Below are positions 1 through 13,470 of a stretch of DNA of 64,000 bases, piece by piece. Numbering within the stretch: position 1 is the first letter of the stretch; each line of letters begins with the position of its first letter. The notes beneath the pieces are model-generated. The model searched no databases. It worked only from the letters and a program-made list of their open reading frames with translations, and was not told where the DNA came from. Where the stretch lies: assembly GCA_964016885.1 (NCBI GenBank), contig OZ024742.1, forward strand, positions 95,170,001 to 95,234,000. Reading direction: 5' to 3'. Source of the DNA: Eledone cirrhosa (lineage: Eukaryota). The position numbers and the translations under genes were made by a program.

Positions 1-204
1 GAACTGGGAAATTATAACACTCATAACCCTATCATTGAAGCCCTTTATTAAAGGTCAACTAACAGAACATTGTATTATGGTTACGAAAAAAAATTCTAAA
101 TAAGCCTACAAGGTAAAAATTAAAAACGGTCATCTCAGGACACTCTGACTGGTTTGGCAGGCCAGATTGTGGCCCACATGCCACCTGTTGTATGCCCTTG
201 GGTT

Positions 205-1240
205 AGATAGTGCATCAATTCTCAGTTGGATTGAAGAAGTAGTATCAAAACTGGATAGAAGGATGAGAAAGTTTATCACATTATATGGAGATTTTCACCT
301 AAAGTAAATATTAATAAACTATACATGAAGAGAAAGAATGGTGGCAGAGGTCTCATCAGTGGGAATGATTGTATAAGGAGTGAAAGGAGAACACTTGTAG
401 AATATTTGGCCAAGAGTAACACAAATTGATGTTATATGCAGCAGAAGATATGGGTATAAATACAGTAGAAATAGTTGGAAAGGAAAAGTTTAACCAAACA
501 ATAAAAAAGATATTCTAGGAATGAGAATGTATGGTCCATTTGAGAGAAATAGATAGAATATCAAGTATAAAGAACATTGTGGACATGGCTTAAGCCAAGT
601 GATTTCAAACGTGACACTGAAAGTCTTATGGTTGCTGCACAAGACCAATCTCTTGCTACCAATTAAATGATTAAATGAAATATAACATTACAAAACTTCC
701 GACACCCTGAAATGCAGGCTCTGTGGAAAGAATGTGGAAATGTGACCCACAAAAAGAATACAAGAGCTGCCATGATAAAGTCTGTCTATACGTTCATTGA
801 CTTTTGTATCTTAAATACCAATATGAAGATATAGAGAATTAATATGAGCATGTGCCTTGTAAAGTAATGGAGGAATATAGGAAAACAAGAATATTCTGGG
901 ATTATGACTTTGAAACCGATAGAATAATTAAGCATTGCCAACCAGACATTTACTGTCAGATCATCAATGTAGCCGAACTAAATGACATGAATATTGTGAG
1001 TAAGGAGGTTGAGAAAATCACCAAGTACTCTCAATTGAAAATGGAGCAGGTAAGACTATTTGGAATGTAAGAGAGTAATGTCTAAGCAATTCCAATTGGT
1101 ATCAGGGCATTAAGATCAATCCCATTGAGGCTTCAAAACTTCTTAAAGCAACAGGTAATAACATACAGGTTAGGTGTCATACAAAAGGCAACTTGGCTAG
1201 GTCTTGCACACATTTTGCAGAAAGTATTATCTGTCTGAGC
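205..1240 (+). mobile_element. Degenerate R4/Dong-like non-LTR retrotransposon, 3' part (RT C-terminus, CCHC finger, restriction-like endonuclease)
   Basis: Frameshifted translations give KLYMKRKNGGRGL, AAQDQSLAT, CRLCGK, HDKV, RIFWDYDFETDRIIKHCQPDI, KEVEKITKY and QKATWLGLAHILQKVL. A TAA-rich tail follows at ~1307-1320. Confidence 0.8.
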
Positions 1241-1320
1241 CTTGTTGTGACTTGGCAGATGACTAAATATCCCAGTGTATTATCCATCTGCACAGTGTGA
1301 CAGAGTAATAACAATAATAA

Positions 1321-1510
1321 TTGTTTCTACCTTTGGCACAAGGCCAGCAATTATCCCAGTGTATTACTGGTACTTTATTTTATCGACCCTGTAAGCATGA
1401 AAGGCAAAGTTAACCTCAGCGGGATTTGAACTCAGAATGGCAAGGGCCATAACTCAATGGATCAAAGCATATTGTCTGACCCTTTACCGATACTGCCAAT
1501 CCACCGCCCT
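1321..1510 (-). mobile_element. tRNA-derived SINE family A ((ATT)n tail)
   Basis: Minus strand shows an A-box TGGCAGTATCGG, a B-box GAGTTCAAATCC, a core TTGCCTTTCAT.CTTAC.GGGTCGATAAAATAAAGTACCAG and a tail TAGAAACAATTATT. About 20 copies occur in the window. Confidence 0.85.
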
Positions 1511-1524
1511 AATAACAATAATAA

Positions 1525-1880
1525 TTGTTTCTACGTTTGGCACAAGGCCAGCAATTATCCCAGTGTATTACTGGTACTTTATTTTATCGACCCCCGTAAG
1601 GATGAAAGGCAAAGTTAACCTCAGCGGGATTTGAACTCAGATAATAAAGGGCCGTAACTCTATGTTGCAAAGCATGTTGTCCGATGCCCTACCAATACTA
1701 CCAATAATAATAATAATAATAATAATTGTGTCTGATTTAGGAACAAAGCGAGTAATTTGAAGTGGGGGGAAATTTGATTAAATCAATCCCAGTGTATTAC
1801 TGGTACTTTATTTTCACGACCCCATAAGGATGAAAGGCAAAGCTAACCATGGTGGGATTTGAAATGAGAGTGTAAAGTAC
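1525..1880 (-). mobile_element. Two further tandem SINE-A copies (1525-1704 and 1726-1880) separated by (TAA)n
   Basis: Same core and B-box motifs as 1321-1510. Confidence 0.8.
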
Positions 1881-1946
1881 TGTACTTTTATAATAATAAT
1901 TAAAATAATGATGATGATGATGATGATGATTTATAACGATTATTAT

Positions 1947-2125
1947 TGGATTGGCAGTATCGGTAGAGTCGGACACCATGCTTTGCAGCATAGAGTTACG
2001 TCCCTTTATGATCTGAGTTCAAATCCCGCCGAGGTTAACTTTGCCTTTCATCCTTACGGGGTCGATAAAATAAAGTACCAGTAATGTAATTGCTGGCCTT
2101 GTGCCAAAAATAGAAACACTTATTA
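1947..2125 (+). mobile_element. SINE-A
   Basis: TGGATTGGCAGTATCGGTAGAG...GAGTTCAAATCCCGCCGAGG...TAGAAACACTTATTATT. Confidence 0.85.
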
Positions 2126-4282
2126 TTATTGTTTCTAGCATTAGCACATGGTCAGCAATATTTGAGAAGTTGATTATATTGAACCTAGTACATAACTGGG
2201 ACTTTATTTTATTGACCCTGAAAGGAAGAAAGGCAAAGATGACTTTGGAGAGATTTGATTTCAGAACTTAAAATATTAACAATATTACTAATAATAATTT
2301 CTTTTATTGGGTAAAAGCGTGCACAACGTTAATTATATTATTGTTATTTAAATTATCGTTATAATAATTAGCTAAGTCCAAATAATTATTGAAATTATAA
2401 TCATTATTATTCCCTCGATCGATCTGCTGTTATAATCATTAGCCAAATCCTTATTGTTATTATCATTATTGTTGTTGTTGTTATCATTAGGTATACACTT
2501 ATAACATTATTCATTTGCCACACCAGATTATGAACATACAGCCACATATATTGGGTGTTTGCAACGTGACATGGAAATTTCATTTTTTCTTTCTCCAATA
2601 TTGGATATATGAGTGCATGAGTGTGCAAGTGTATCTGGGTGATAAATATATATACTCGTACTCATGCTGTCACATAAATGCCATTTATTGACTAATGTAT
2701 TTTTGTTGTTATTACTATTGTTAGTTTTCTCATTATCTATTTTCTCACCCTATATAAAACTGTGGTTTCTCCTTATAATGTGAGAGCTCACAGAAAGAAC
2801 AATCCTTGTGTAGTGTTTTTAAGGGTTAATGGAAGGACAAATAAATTTCCTTTTTTTTCTATTTTCACTTCTTTTCCTTTGTTCAGTCTATATTATTTTC
2901 ATTATAGATCCCTCTCTTCTCACATATTATGCTAGGTGTTTGAAAGAAAGGAAAAAAAATTACATATTTTCAGTATACTACCGGGCATAGCCCTCATGAA
3001 AACAGGTTGCATGCACAAAATATTGCCTACGCACACTTCAGTGATTACATGAAATATATTTATAAAAATACTTCTCTGTATGGATTTACCTTAATGCATG
3101 CATAATGATATGCGAAAACACTTTGAAACAATGTTCCAGTCCTTACACGATCTGTGCTTGCAAAAATGCATGTAACTTTTGAATAGAGACAAAGGGGAAA
3201 GGATTGGGTAAAAGTCAGAAATATATGTGTATATACATATGTGTGTGTGTGTATACATTACATATATAGAGAGAGACGTATATATTTACCTATGTAAAAT
3301 ATATATAGAAATATATATCTACATGTGTGTATATATATCAATATATCTATGTAGTTATGTTGAAGCATGTTAAATGTAATTGATGATACATATGTATGTG
3401 TGTGTATATATATATATATATATGTGTGAGTGTGTGTGTGTGTATATATTTAGATGTAGATATATGGATATATCTATACAAGCAACACAACCAATCTTGC
3501 CTCACGTGGGACAATTCCTGTCTAAAGACATGCTAGCTTGGAAGATAGACGTTAAACGATGATGATGATGATCTGTTTGTAAACATCACTCACAAATTCA
3601 TCATCAACAGCTTCAATCTCGTTATGATCAGCCCCAATATCATTATTGTTAGCCTTGATTTTATCATCAACTTAAATTTCGTTGTTACTGTAGAATAGAT
3701 TGACTTTGTTTTTATCATGAAGCATGAGCTATTGACATCACATTACTTTTTACAGAATTGTAAATAAATGTGAATATTTTAAAGTTTTGCAAAGGATTAC
3801 AAGTTTTGTATAAAGAAAACTGTTGAACCCACATTACCATAACTATATACACATTTATGTAGAACTGTATACTTAACTCTATATAACACAGCAAAATGAA
3901 AACAGATAACATCAGTTTATTTTATTCTATTATCATTTACATTTCTAAAATCTCTCTTACTGTTTTACCTGTTCCAGATGACTGGCTAAACAAATATCTT
4001 TTAAAAAATCTAGCAAAATCGTATTTTGTAAGGAAAGTCAGCTCCTTGTTTATCTATGTATTTAGCACTACCTGTCCAAGCTATTATTAACACTAGTAGA
4101 ATGCGTGAATATTTTATGTTAAGAAAGGATTAAAAAAAAAGTATATATATATATACTTCGTTCCCAAAATATAACAATATATATATATACATACACACAC
4201 ACACACTTATGTTAAACATTGATGCAATTCAATTACTCTACATATTTATTCCACATACGAATGATGGAGAATATTTAAAATA

Positions 4283-4556
4283 AGAAAATGCAAAGTAGTT
4301 GCAGAAGTCCTTTATTGATAAGGCTGTGATTCATATTTCAATGACGATAGTGACCATGCAATTCCGCCTAGCCAGTGCCATGATCTCAACAGACAGCTTC
4401 TTACATAATAAGGTTACATTCTCGAGGCAATCCAAATGAAAACGACAAGGGAACAAACAAAGATGATGATTTTGAAGCTTTCGCCCGGGCACTGGTTAGT
4501 TTGAATTGCCTCGCTACCGTCATCATTGAAACATTTTCAACTATTTTGCATTTTCT
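4283..4556. repeat. Imperfect inverted repeat (probable Penelope-like terminal remnant)
   Basis: AGAAAATGCAAAGTAGTTG pairs with CAACTATTTTGCATTTTCT. TTTCAATGACGATAG...CTAGCCAGTGCC pairs with GGCACTGGTTAG...CATCATTGAAA. A (TA)n tract follows. Confidence 0.6.
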
Positions 4557-4635
4557 AATTCTCTCTCTATATATATATATATGAAAGGTTGTGAGTTAAA
4601 TTCTTGGACCGTGAGTTCAATATATATATATATCG

Positions 4636-5029
4636 AAAGGTTGTGAGTTCAATTCTCGGACCAGGTGATTTGTTGTTTCCTTGAGTAAGACAATTTATTT
4701 CACATTACTCCACTTTACTCAGCTGTAGAAATGAGATGATAGGACTGGGGTCCTTTTCATTCCACTGCAAGGTGGTCAGGGAAGTGCCACGGCAAAAAAG
4801 CACCCAGCCCACACTGTAAAGTGGATGTGTAGGCGCCACGGAAAAAAAGCACCCAGCACTCACTGTAAATGAGGTTGGTGTTAGGAAGGGCATCCAGCTG
4901 TAGAAATCAAGCCAGAATCAGTTCCCGTATGAGCAAGACAAGGTCAGCCGACCAGACACTGCCCACAACAGGACAACCCGTCTAACCCATGCTAGCGTGG
5001 AAGAATGGACGAAAAACGGTGATGATGAT
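4636..5029 (+). mobile_element. tRNA-derived SINE family B (RTE-type body and (GAT)n tail)
   Basis: B-box GAGTTCAATTC, then CCTTGAGTAAGACA, GGTGTTAGGAAGGGCATCCAGC and the tail ACCCATGCTAGCGTGGAA...GATGATGAT. Confidence 0.8.
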
Positions 5030-5455
5030 TATATGGTAAGGCTAAGGTCAGCACTAAGAGAGAAAGAAAGAAAACTACAGACATAAATGTGAACTTTTCT
5101 CCCATAATATGTATGTAAACACAATTTGTTCCCCATATTCTTATTATTCTTATTAATATGCATTATACACTTCCGTCGTGTGAAAAAGAATACAAACTGA
5201 AACCGGTACAATTAATGCGAAAATCCCTATTTTGTAAATAAATGTTTTGATGTTATTCTCAGAGAAAATCCCTTTAGTATTTTCTACTGTTTTTTTTCTT
5301 TTTTACTATTTTTTTATATATATCAACTCGTGTGTCACTTCTCTACATTCTACATATATATATATGTATGTAAAAGGTAAACAGAAATAACAACACAATC
5401 GGTACAGTATATGGAAGGGATATATTAGGTTAACACTTGATATAGCAGGAAGAGG

Positions 5456-5493
5456 GTCTTAACGTTTCGGACGCTAGTCCTTCATCAGAAGAA
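5456..5493 (-). ncRNA. Minimal type-I hammerhead ribozyme (Penelope pLTR type)
   Basis: Minus strand reads UCUU-CUGAUGA-A-GGAC UAGC GUCC-GAAA-CG-UU-AAGA. Stem I is UCUU/AAGA, stem II is GGAC/GUCC, and stem III is the palindrome ACGU. Confidence 0.8.
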
Positions 5494-6304
5494 AGGACGA
5501 GAAATAAGATAGATTGAGGGGACGGGTGGGACGGAATTGAAAAAAATGTCGTTAGATAAAAATAACAGGTCCATTCATGTTGACATACATATATAGGATG
5601 TTACACAATGAAATAATAAGAAAAAGGAAGTGAGGTAATAAGTAATCCAGTGTTTTACAGAGTGAAATATCAATGTGCAGGCTAATCTATGACAATTATA
5701 TAACTCTGTATTATCAGACCAAAAAAATGCACAACTACACTGATATTTTTCAGATTTTATTTCTGAACAACAGCATGAAATGTCTGCCACTTTGAGGCTG
5801 ATAATATGGAGTTAAATAAGTTTCATTGATTAGTCTGCACACAGATAATTTGCTCTCTGAAACAATCAGAAAACAATTATTTTATTATTTCTTCAAAGTG
5901 CTTTTTCTCATTCTTTCGTCATTTAACATTAGTTAATTATGTCATTTTTAATACTCAGCGACATAGAAGAGGATTTCCTCTTTTCACAAAAATGGCTGAT
6001 ATACTACTTTGATTGAATAATCATATCAACACTACATCTAGTTGAATTGCATCCTGTAAAAGCCTATTAATTATTATTATTATTGATGGGTGATAGGTTG
6101 GCAGCATAGAGTTATGGTCCTTTATGTTCTGAGTTCAAATCCTGCCAAGGTTAGCTTTGCCTTTCATCTTTAGTGGTTGATAAAATATGGGTGTAAGGAT
6201 GAAAAACAAAGTTAACCTCAGTGAGATTTGAACTCAGAACGTAATTCTATGCCACTAATCATGTTGTCTGATGCTCTACCGATTCTGTCAATCCCTTTGA
6301 ATAG

Positions 6305-6502
6305 TGCAGAAAGCTCAGTAAGTATAAAGATCTATTGAAATTAAGAAAATATGGCATCCTAAGTCCTGTAAAATACCAGTGATAGTTGGCACACTTTGAA
6401 TGATAAAAAAGGGATTGGATACCTGGAAAGCCATCTCTGCAAGAGATACAAAAAATAGTGTTGACTGGCACTGTCCATGTCCAGAGAAGTGCATTATCAA
6501 TT
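6305..6502 (+). mobile_element. R4/Dong-like 3' fragment
   Basis: Translates KYKDL..EIKKIW..IPVIVGTL..IPGKPSLQEIQKIVLTGTVHV. Confidence 0.65.
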
Positions 6503-6561
6503 TAAAAACCTTAGAAAGACATTTACTGTTGTTTGTACCTTTGTAGCTTCATTTGTAAGAC

Positions 6562-6831
6562 ATCATGATCATCACCGTTTTACGCCCATTCTTCGACCCT
6601 AGCATGGGTTAGATGGGTTGTCCTGTTGTGGGTAGTGTCTGATTGGCTGACCATGCCTTGCTCATACAAGAACTGATTCTGGCTTGATTTCTACACCTGG
6701 ATGCCCTTCCTAACACCAACCTTATTTAGAGTGAGTGCTGGGTACTTTTTTTCTGTGGTGCCTACACGTCCACTTTACAGTGTGAGCTGGGTGCTTTTTT
6801 GCCGTGTCACCTCCACGACCACTTTGCAGTG
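6562..6831 (-). mobile_element. SINE-B, 5'-truncated
   Basis: Contains GGATGCCCTTCCTAACACC and a (CAT)n tail. It is a near reverse complement of 4760-5029. Confidence 0.8.
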
Positions 6832-6854
6832 GGAGGGTGTGGGGGCATATTGTC

Positions 6855-7810
6855 TATTTGCTTCAGCTTCAGCTTGTAACCCTGGGGGGTCTGGTCTTCT
6901 GTATTTCTGTGTGATGCCAGAGGTCATAGTCATGTGCCATCACCTTTGAGAGATGTAATTGGGTAAGGTCGGCTTTTATCACCTCATCCCAGGTCTTCTT
7001 GGATCTCCCCACTCTGCGGTTTCCATCGACTTCTAGTGCTCTGCACCTTTTTATGCAACTGTCATCCTTCATACGCATCACATGTCCATACCAATGCAAC
7101 CGCCTCTCCTGCACACACCATTTTATTCCTCTTGCGCTCAGTCTCTCTCTCAATTTATTTATGCTTTGCCGTTCGCGTATATTACTATTTCACATCCATC
7201 GGAGCATGCAGGCTTTGTTTCTTTCTAATCTACACAAGTCTTCCACAGACAGCACCCATGTCTCACTACCATGTAACATTGCTGTTCATATACACGCATC
7301 ATACAGTCTGCCTTTCATTTTGAGGGAAAAGCCTTTTGCAGCTAGCAGTGGCTCCCTGAATTTCTTCCAGCCCGTTCTTACCCTAGTTATTGTACTTTCC
7401 GAACACCCACCTCTGCTGCTAATTCGGTCACCTAGGTAGCAGAAGCTGTCTACTGTTTCTACAGAGCCCTCCCAGAGTTTGGTGGTACTTGTTTCCTATG
7501 GCTGTTTGCTGCTTGCTGTCCCAGCACAGCTTCTACATCTAAAGCCTACATTCTTAGTTAAGCTTCCTGAGATCTCACTACATCTCTTGTGTACCCATTG
7601 TTTGCATTTGGGGCATATAATGGAGTTCCTACCTACACCTTTCCTACATACTGAGCAAGGTCATTTCCCTGAGGGGATCTGGGTTCTGTTTTATCATCTA
7701 CTTACAAGGACCTTAGTTTTTGTCAGGTTGACCCTGAGACCCTTTCTCTCTAGTCCCTGCTTCCAAGTTTGGTATATCTTCTCTAGTTCTACCATAGATT
7801 CAGCTAATTG
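6855..7810 (-). mobile_element. RTE-clade LINE 3' fragment with a PHD-like insert
   Basis: ORF 6869-7153 reads QERRLHWYGHVMRM...GRSKKTW. Upstream are a GKxPCSVCRKGVGRNSI..CKQWVHKRC motif and VDSFCYLGD. Confidence 0.85.
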
Positions 7811-7912
7811 ATTGTAAAATGTGTGTATTATCAAATTTTACTTTAGGAGTTAGGTTGACAATCAAAAAGATTTGGGGAAGAAGCAGAATTCAAAGTAAGT
7901 TTCAAATAAGAA

Positions 7913-8575
7913 TTGTTTCTACTTTTGGCACAAGGCCAGCAATTATTCCAGTTCATTACTGGTACTTTATTTTAACGAGCCTATAAGGATGAAAGGCAAA
8001 GTTAACCTCGGCAGGATTTGAACTCAGACCATAAAGGTGTGTAACTCTATGCTGCAAAGCATGGCCTCCGACCTTCTGCTGATACTGCCAATCCCTCACC
8101 CTTTCAAATAATAATAATAAGAAGAACTGTTTCTAATTTAGGCCAACAATTTGAAGGAGAGGGAAAAGTCGATTAAATTGACCCCTGTGCTTCCTGGTGC
8201 TTTATTTTATCAACAACATATGGATGAAAGGCAAAACTAACCTCAGCAGGATTTGAACTCAGTATGTAAAGGGTCATAACTCCATGCTGCAAAGCATAGT
8301 GTCTGATGGTCTACCAATACTAATAATAATTGTTTCTATTTTAGGCACAAGGCCAGCAATTACCCAGTACATTACTGGTACTTTATTTTATCATAATAAT
8401 AATAATAATGCTTTCTGATTTAGGCACAAGGCCAACAATTTTTGGGGAAGGGAAAGTTGATTTAATTGACCCCAGTGCACTACTGGTACCTTATTTTATG
8501 AACCTTTGATGGATGAAAGGCAAAGCCAACCTCGGTGGGATATGAACTCAGAACGTAATGGACCAAAACTCAATG
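7913..8575 (-). mobile_element. Cluster of four SINE-A copies joined by (TAA)n
   Basis: Repeated SINE-A tail and core at ~7913, 8128, 8331 and 8410. The first copy has an imperfect TSD TTTCAAATAA(G/T)AAT. Confidence 0.8.
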
Positions 8576-8579
8576 CATA

Positions 8580-8905
8580 CTCAGAACAGACGCATTACCT
8601 TGGACTATGTTCACCACTCCACCTTTCAAGAATCTGGTTGGAAGGTGGTGTGGAAATGTTCATGGTAGACTCAGCTGATGGCCAGATCTGTTCTACATGT
8701 GACAGCAGTTATTCAACATAACCCCAAAAGTCAGCAGTATTCATATACTCAAATACTGCATGCCAGGTGGTTTTGATGCCCTGCATGCATCTTAGACTCG
8801 CTCGGCTGATAGCATTCCATGCCTATAGATTTTATCTTGAATTCGCAATGCTCTCTGGTAGTGTTGCCTGGCCAGGGATTTCTGGAAGTTACCAATGGGC
8901 TTGAT
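8580..8905 (-). mobile_element. L1/Tx1-like LINE C-terminal fragment
   Basis: Minus strand gives FQKSLARQHYQRALRIQDKIYRHG, then RCMQGIKTTWHAVFE...ADFWGYVE, resembling a decayed zf-RVT/CCHC region. Confidence 0.5.
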
Positions 8906-8959
8906 AACTTATAAGATACATAAGTATGTTTATTGATTTATATGAGTATCCCATGTGAT

Positions 8960-9170
8960 CATAATATTGTGATAAAAGGATTTGATATAAAGATTTACTG
9001 ATTCAAATTGAAAAAATGTGTCTCAAGGTGGTTACAATACCACTGATTGTAGGAGTGCTAAGAATGATAAAAAAAGATACAGAAAATTATTTTAGGATGA
9101 TCCTGAAATGTAAAAACCTGTTTTAACTGGTATGGCACATGTATTGAGAAGAGCACTCTCACTGTGAGAA
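8960..9170 (+). mobile_element. R4/Dong-like 3' fragment
   Basis: Translates YKDLLIQIEK..TIPLIVGVLRMIKK..LTGMAHVLRRAL, homologous to 6305-6502. Confidence 0.6.
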
Positions 9171-10372
9171 AGATAATCATCTATGTAATTTTTTTTTACA
9201 TAACTATATTAGATTATATACCATAATTATGTAAATTGTAAATAATTGAGCACTCTTAAAATATGATTTTAAACATAGAAATGATATGCATGTAACTGTA
9301 TAAAAGGCATGACATGAACATTCAGATGTGTTTATTTTGTGGCATATCAATGTATGCAGTGAGTTCTTCTGCCTAGATGTTGGGAAGTTACTCAGGAAGA
9401 AATGAAAACAAAACTGAAGGAAGAAGGAGAAAAAGAATTGTTTTGATAATGATGATATAATTATAACAGAAGCAAGTAGGCAAAATAAGATTTAAAATAC
9501 AAACAAGGAAAAGGCCCCAAAAAACTATAAATATGATGCTTAATATGCAACTACAACTACTACAGCAACACCAGCAAGAGCTAGGAAAAAAATATAAAAT
9601 ACCTGTGAAAAGATTTTTGGTTGAAATATTCTGGAAGGAAGCCTAAATTTTTGAAAAGAACGTTTTTTTTTCTCTAAGGATTAAAAAAAAACTTGGCAAA
9701 AAACAAAAAATGTTAGAATTTTATTTTTATTTTGTTTCATTTATTTAACTTCTTTTTGATCACATTTGTGTATTATGTCTGATTTCAAGTGCTTTTTATT
9801 ATTTATATGTGGACATATTCATCATATGATAGTGTTTCCTAATTTCTTTCATTTATTATCAATGTTATTATTATGTAGTAGCACTAGTAGAAGTAGTAGT
9901 AGCAGCAGTAGTACTAGAAGTAGTTGTTGTTGTTGCTGTTGTAGTATTTTTATGAATGTTATTGTTACTATTATTATTATATGTATATTCATTCTATACT
10001 TTTTACTATTTATATATTTACCCTTATAGACATGTATGTACTACATTAGTATGTTTCATTATATATATATGAATGTGTGTATATGTGTGTGCGTATGTGT
10101 GCATGTATTAAAAATTATGCTTTTCAGTTGATTTTTTTATATTTCAGTCTGAAGTTTGTTAATATAACTACCATTTCCAAGTCTTAGGTTGTAAAGTTGT
10201 AAGTTCAGCAAGTGCAGTTTGCTGCAAAAATCAAATTTCATGCAACTGTTTGCACAGGAAATAGATGTTCAGTTGCTGGTGTGGCCGATATCAATCACAT
10301 ACTTTTAACCCATTGCCAAATTCAGAAAATTGTGTTGGCACTCTTCTGTTGGAGCTGCTGCTTTCATTGAAA

Positions 10373-10421
<49 letters not shown>

Positions 10422-10659
10422 ATATATATCACATACACAATCTTACACACAAACACAAAAACATATCCACAGACATAAAAACATACTCATATGTATAAAT
10501 ATATGCGTGTGTATATATATATATATATACAGGGGAAAGCAGATGTAAAATGATGATGATGATGGTGTGTGTGTTTGTTCAGTGTAAGTACAATCAAAGA
10601 AATGAGTTATCAGTACACAATTTGAAAGATGAGAGTATTTTTGTTAACAATTTGACTTA

Positions 10660-12790
10660 TTTGTGCATTATATATATAAGACTAATCCTCTATATCTAGT
10701 TTTTGATGATCTTGAGAAAGCCTTTGGCAGAATACTCAGACTAGTCATCTTGTGGTTATTAATGAAACTAGGTGTAGAAGAATAAAGACCAAAAGAACAG
10801 GTTGTATGAGGAATTTTACAGATAACTTCAGAGACTGATGAAAGAGACATCATCATCCTTGTAAGTCACTTCAATGGACATGTGGCACAGTATCAGAATG
10901 GATTCTGTGGAGTTAACGGCAGCCATGGTTATTGCTCAAGAAATGAAGGGGCTCCTGGAATTCTGTGATGCGAATGAACTAATTATTTGCAACACAAATT
11001 TCAGGAAACTAGCCAGCCTCCTGATTTCATTTCAATAAGGTGAACACACAAGCCAAATTGATTACTTACTCATAAAATGAGATAAATATACAATAATAAA
11101 ACTGAAGGCCTTTTCTGGGGAAGAATGCACCACCAACACAAGTCAATTATTAGGAACATCAAAATAAACACAAGACAGAACAAGATATGTAGGAAAATAA
11201 AATATGGAGACGGAGGGTTTAGAAAGGCCCTACAATGGTAGTAGATGTGAGGGGGTGAAAACTAGGTACATATAATTTAGAGGACAACTGGAGATCCCTA
11301 CGTGACAAACTTTTGCAAACAACTGATGAGACTTGTGACTGGTATAAAAGCACCAACCGGACTGAATGTGACTTAGTGGTGGAACAACACACAGCGGATA
11401 GAGTCAATAAAAACAGGAGATATGCATGGAAAAACTGGAAAAAAAATGATGGGTAACAGAGACTAGTACCTGGTAGCTAAGATAGTAGCTAGACAACAGA
11501 TATACACAACTCAGAGACAGGCTGAAAGAAGGATTGCCAATGTCTTGAGATGTGAGGACCAGCATTGTGAAGTGTTTCACATTGCAAGGCAGTGAGTTGT
11601 TGGCGAAAAATGATGCTGGTGCACCTAGCACTAATGATGGCCAAAAGAAAGAGTCTGGAAATGTTACTATGTAAGATTGATGAATGTAGAGAATGAATGG
11701 GAGAAAGAGAATCTACCCCCAACTTATCCAAAGGAAGGACCAGCTATTGAAGTCGACAGTTATAAGGTCAAATAAGCAATCAAAGAAGAGATGAATACTG
11801 GTAAAGCTGTGAGGCCATCAAAGATAGTTGCTGAGATCCTAAAAGCAACAGCAGCAGTAGGAGTTGAACTAGTAACCTGCATAGTCAATCAGGTAATACA
11901 GGATGGAACCATACACAATGACAGATGAAGCAGTATAATCATAAATTGCTACAAGGCAAAAGGTAATGTTCTAGAAAGGATCAACTACAGGGGTATAAAA
12001 CTAATGGATCAAGTTATGAAAGGGACAGAAAGAGTTATAACGCAGCTAATTAGGGAAGCCACAAATTAGATGAGATGCAGTTTGGTTTCATGCCTGGGAA
12101 AAGCACTACAGATGCCCTCTTCTTAGTGAGGCATGACAAGAGATGTTCTGAGCCAAGAATAAGCCACTATATTTAGTTTTTGTTAATCAAGAAAATGCCT
12201 TTGACAGAGTACCTTGATCTATTATCTGGTATCCCTTAAGGAAATTGGGTGTAGAAGAATGGCTTGTGAGAGCAGTGAAAGCTGTGTACAGAGGAGCTGT
12301 TAGTAAAGTGAGAATAGGAAATGAGTTTAGTGAGGAATTTAAGGTACAGGTAGTAGTGCATCAAGGTTTGGTTCTTAGTCCACTGCTGTTCACCATAGTC
12401 TTCCAGGCCATAACAGGGGAGTTTAAAACTGGCTTCCCATGTGGATTTCTCTATGCAGATGATTTGGTCCTTATAGCCGAATCCTTAAAAGAACTAGAAA
12501 ATAAGTTCTGTGTCTAGAAATGGAAATTGGAATCAATGTCTGGGAGTCAATTCAGCCAAACCTACAGTGCTAATTGGTAGGAAAGAAGATAAGACCTTGA
12601 TTCCCTCAGAGAAGTGGCCTTGCTCCATTTGTAGAAAGAGAATTAGGAATAAACACCATATGATTTATGTATACAATGTAAATCTTGGGTACACAAGTGA
12701 TATAGTGGCATAACAGGTAGACTAACAGACTTTGTATGTAAAAGATACACAGGAGTAATCAAGGGAAAAGTTACAAAACTGTGCTGTAAG
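10660..12790 (+). mobile_element. Degenerate RTE LINE (APE endonuclease, RT, PHD-like finger)
   Basis: Motifs CNTNF, NYRGIKLMDQVMK, QFGFMPGKST, HQGLVLSP, LYADDLVL and KWPCSICRK, with many frameshifts. Confidence 0.85.
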
Positions 12791-13154
12791 CATAAAGGCT
12801 CAGCAGGCTGGAAAACATCCTGGTTTCATTGTCATTAAGAAACAAAGAGTAGAAGAAGCCCCTCAGTAGGATGCCACTCTACCTCTAGTTTACCTCTAGT
12901 TTAATCCTCAATTGCTGCTAGTACTCATTTTCAGCTGTGTTGAATAAAACACTATGAAACTCATGAACACATGTCGAATCTATGCAAGAGTAGAAAATTG
13001 GATGTTAAAATGATGATGATCATCATCAACACAATACCCTACCCATTGTAGATATCTAACCTTCGATAATATAATCATAAGCTAAACAACATAATCCCTA
13101 TGCCATTCCTCTTCATACACACGTGTGTGTTTGTATATAAATATATATATTGTG

Positions 13155-13470
13155 TAGGTGTCACAACAAAAAGCACCCAGAACATACTGTAAATGTAGTT
13201 GGTGTTAGGAAGGGCATCCAGCCATAGAAAACCAGCCCCCAAACACCCAGCCCACACTGTAAAGTGGATGTGTAAAAGACATTGCAAAAGCACCCACCAC
13301 ACACTGTCAATGTAGTTGGCATTAGGAAGGACATTCAGCCATAGAAAACCAGCCAGAAACTCTCCTATATGTGCAAGACATGGTCACCCAACCCAACTTG
13401 CCTCTAATTGGGCCAAACCCATCTAACCCATGCTAGCGTGGAAGATAGACGTTAATTGATGATCATGATT
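13155..13470 (+). mobile_element. SINE-B with duplicated internal motifs
   Basis: Repeated AAAAGCACCCAG.ACAC.GTAAA and TTAGGAAGGGCATCCAGCC, with the tail GACGTTAATTGATGAT. Confidence 0.7.

Noticed and set aside
145-208. hAT right-end remnant; also a possible hAT MITE at ~42830-43045
   Set aside because: Only one degenerate end, or poor TIRs and no TSD pair, so there is not enough support.
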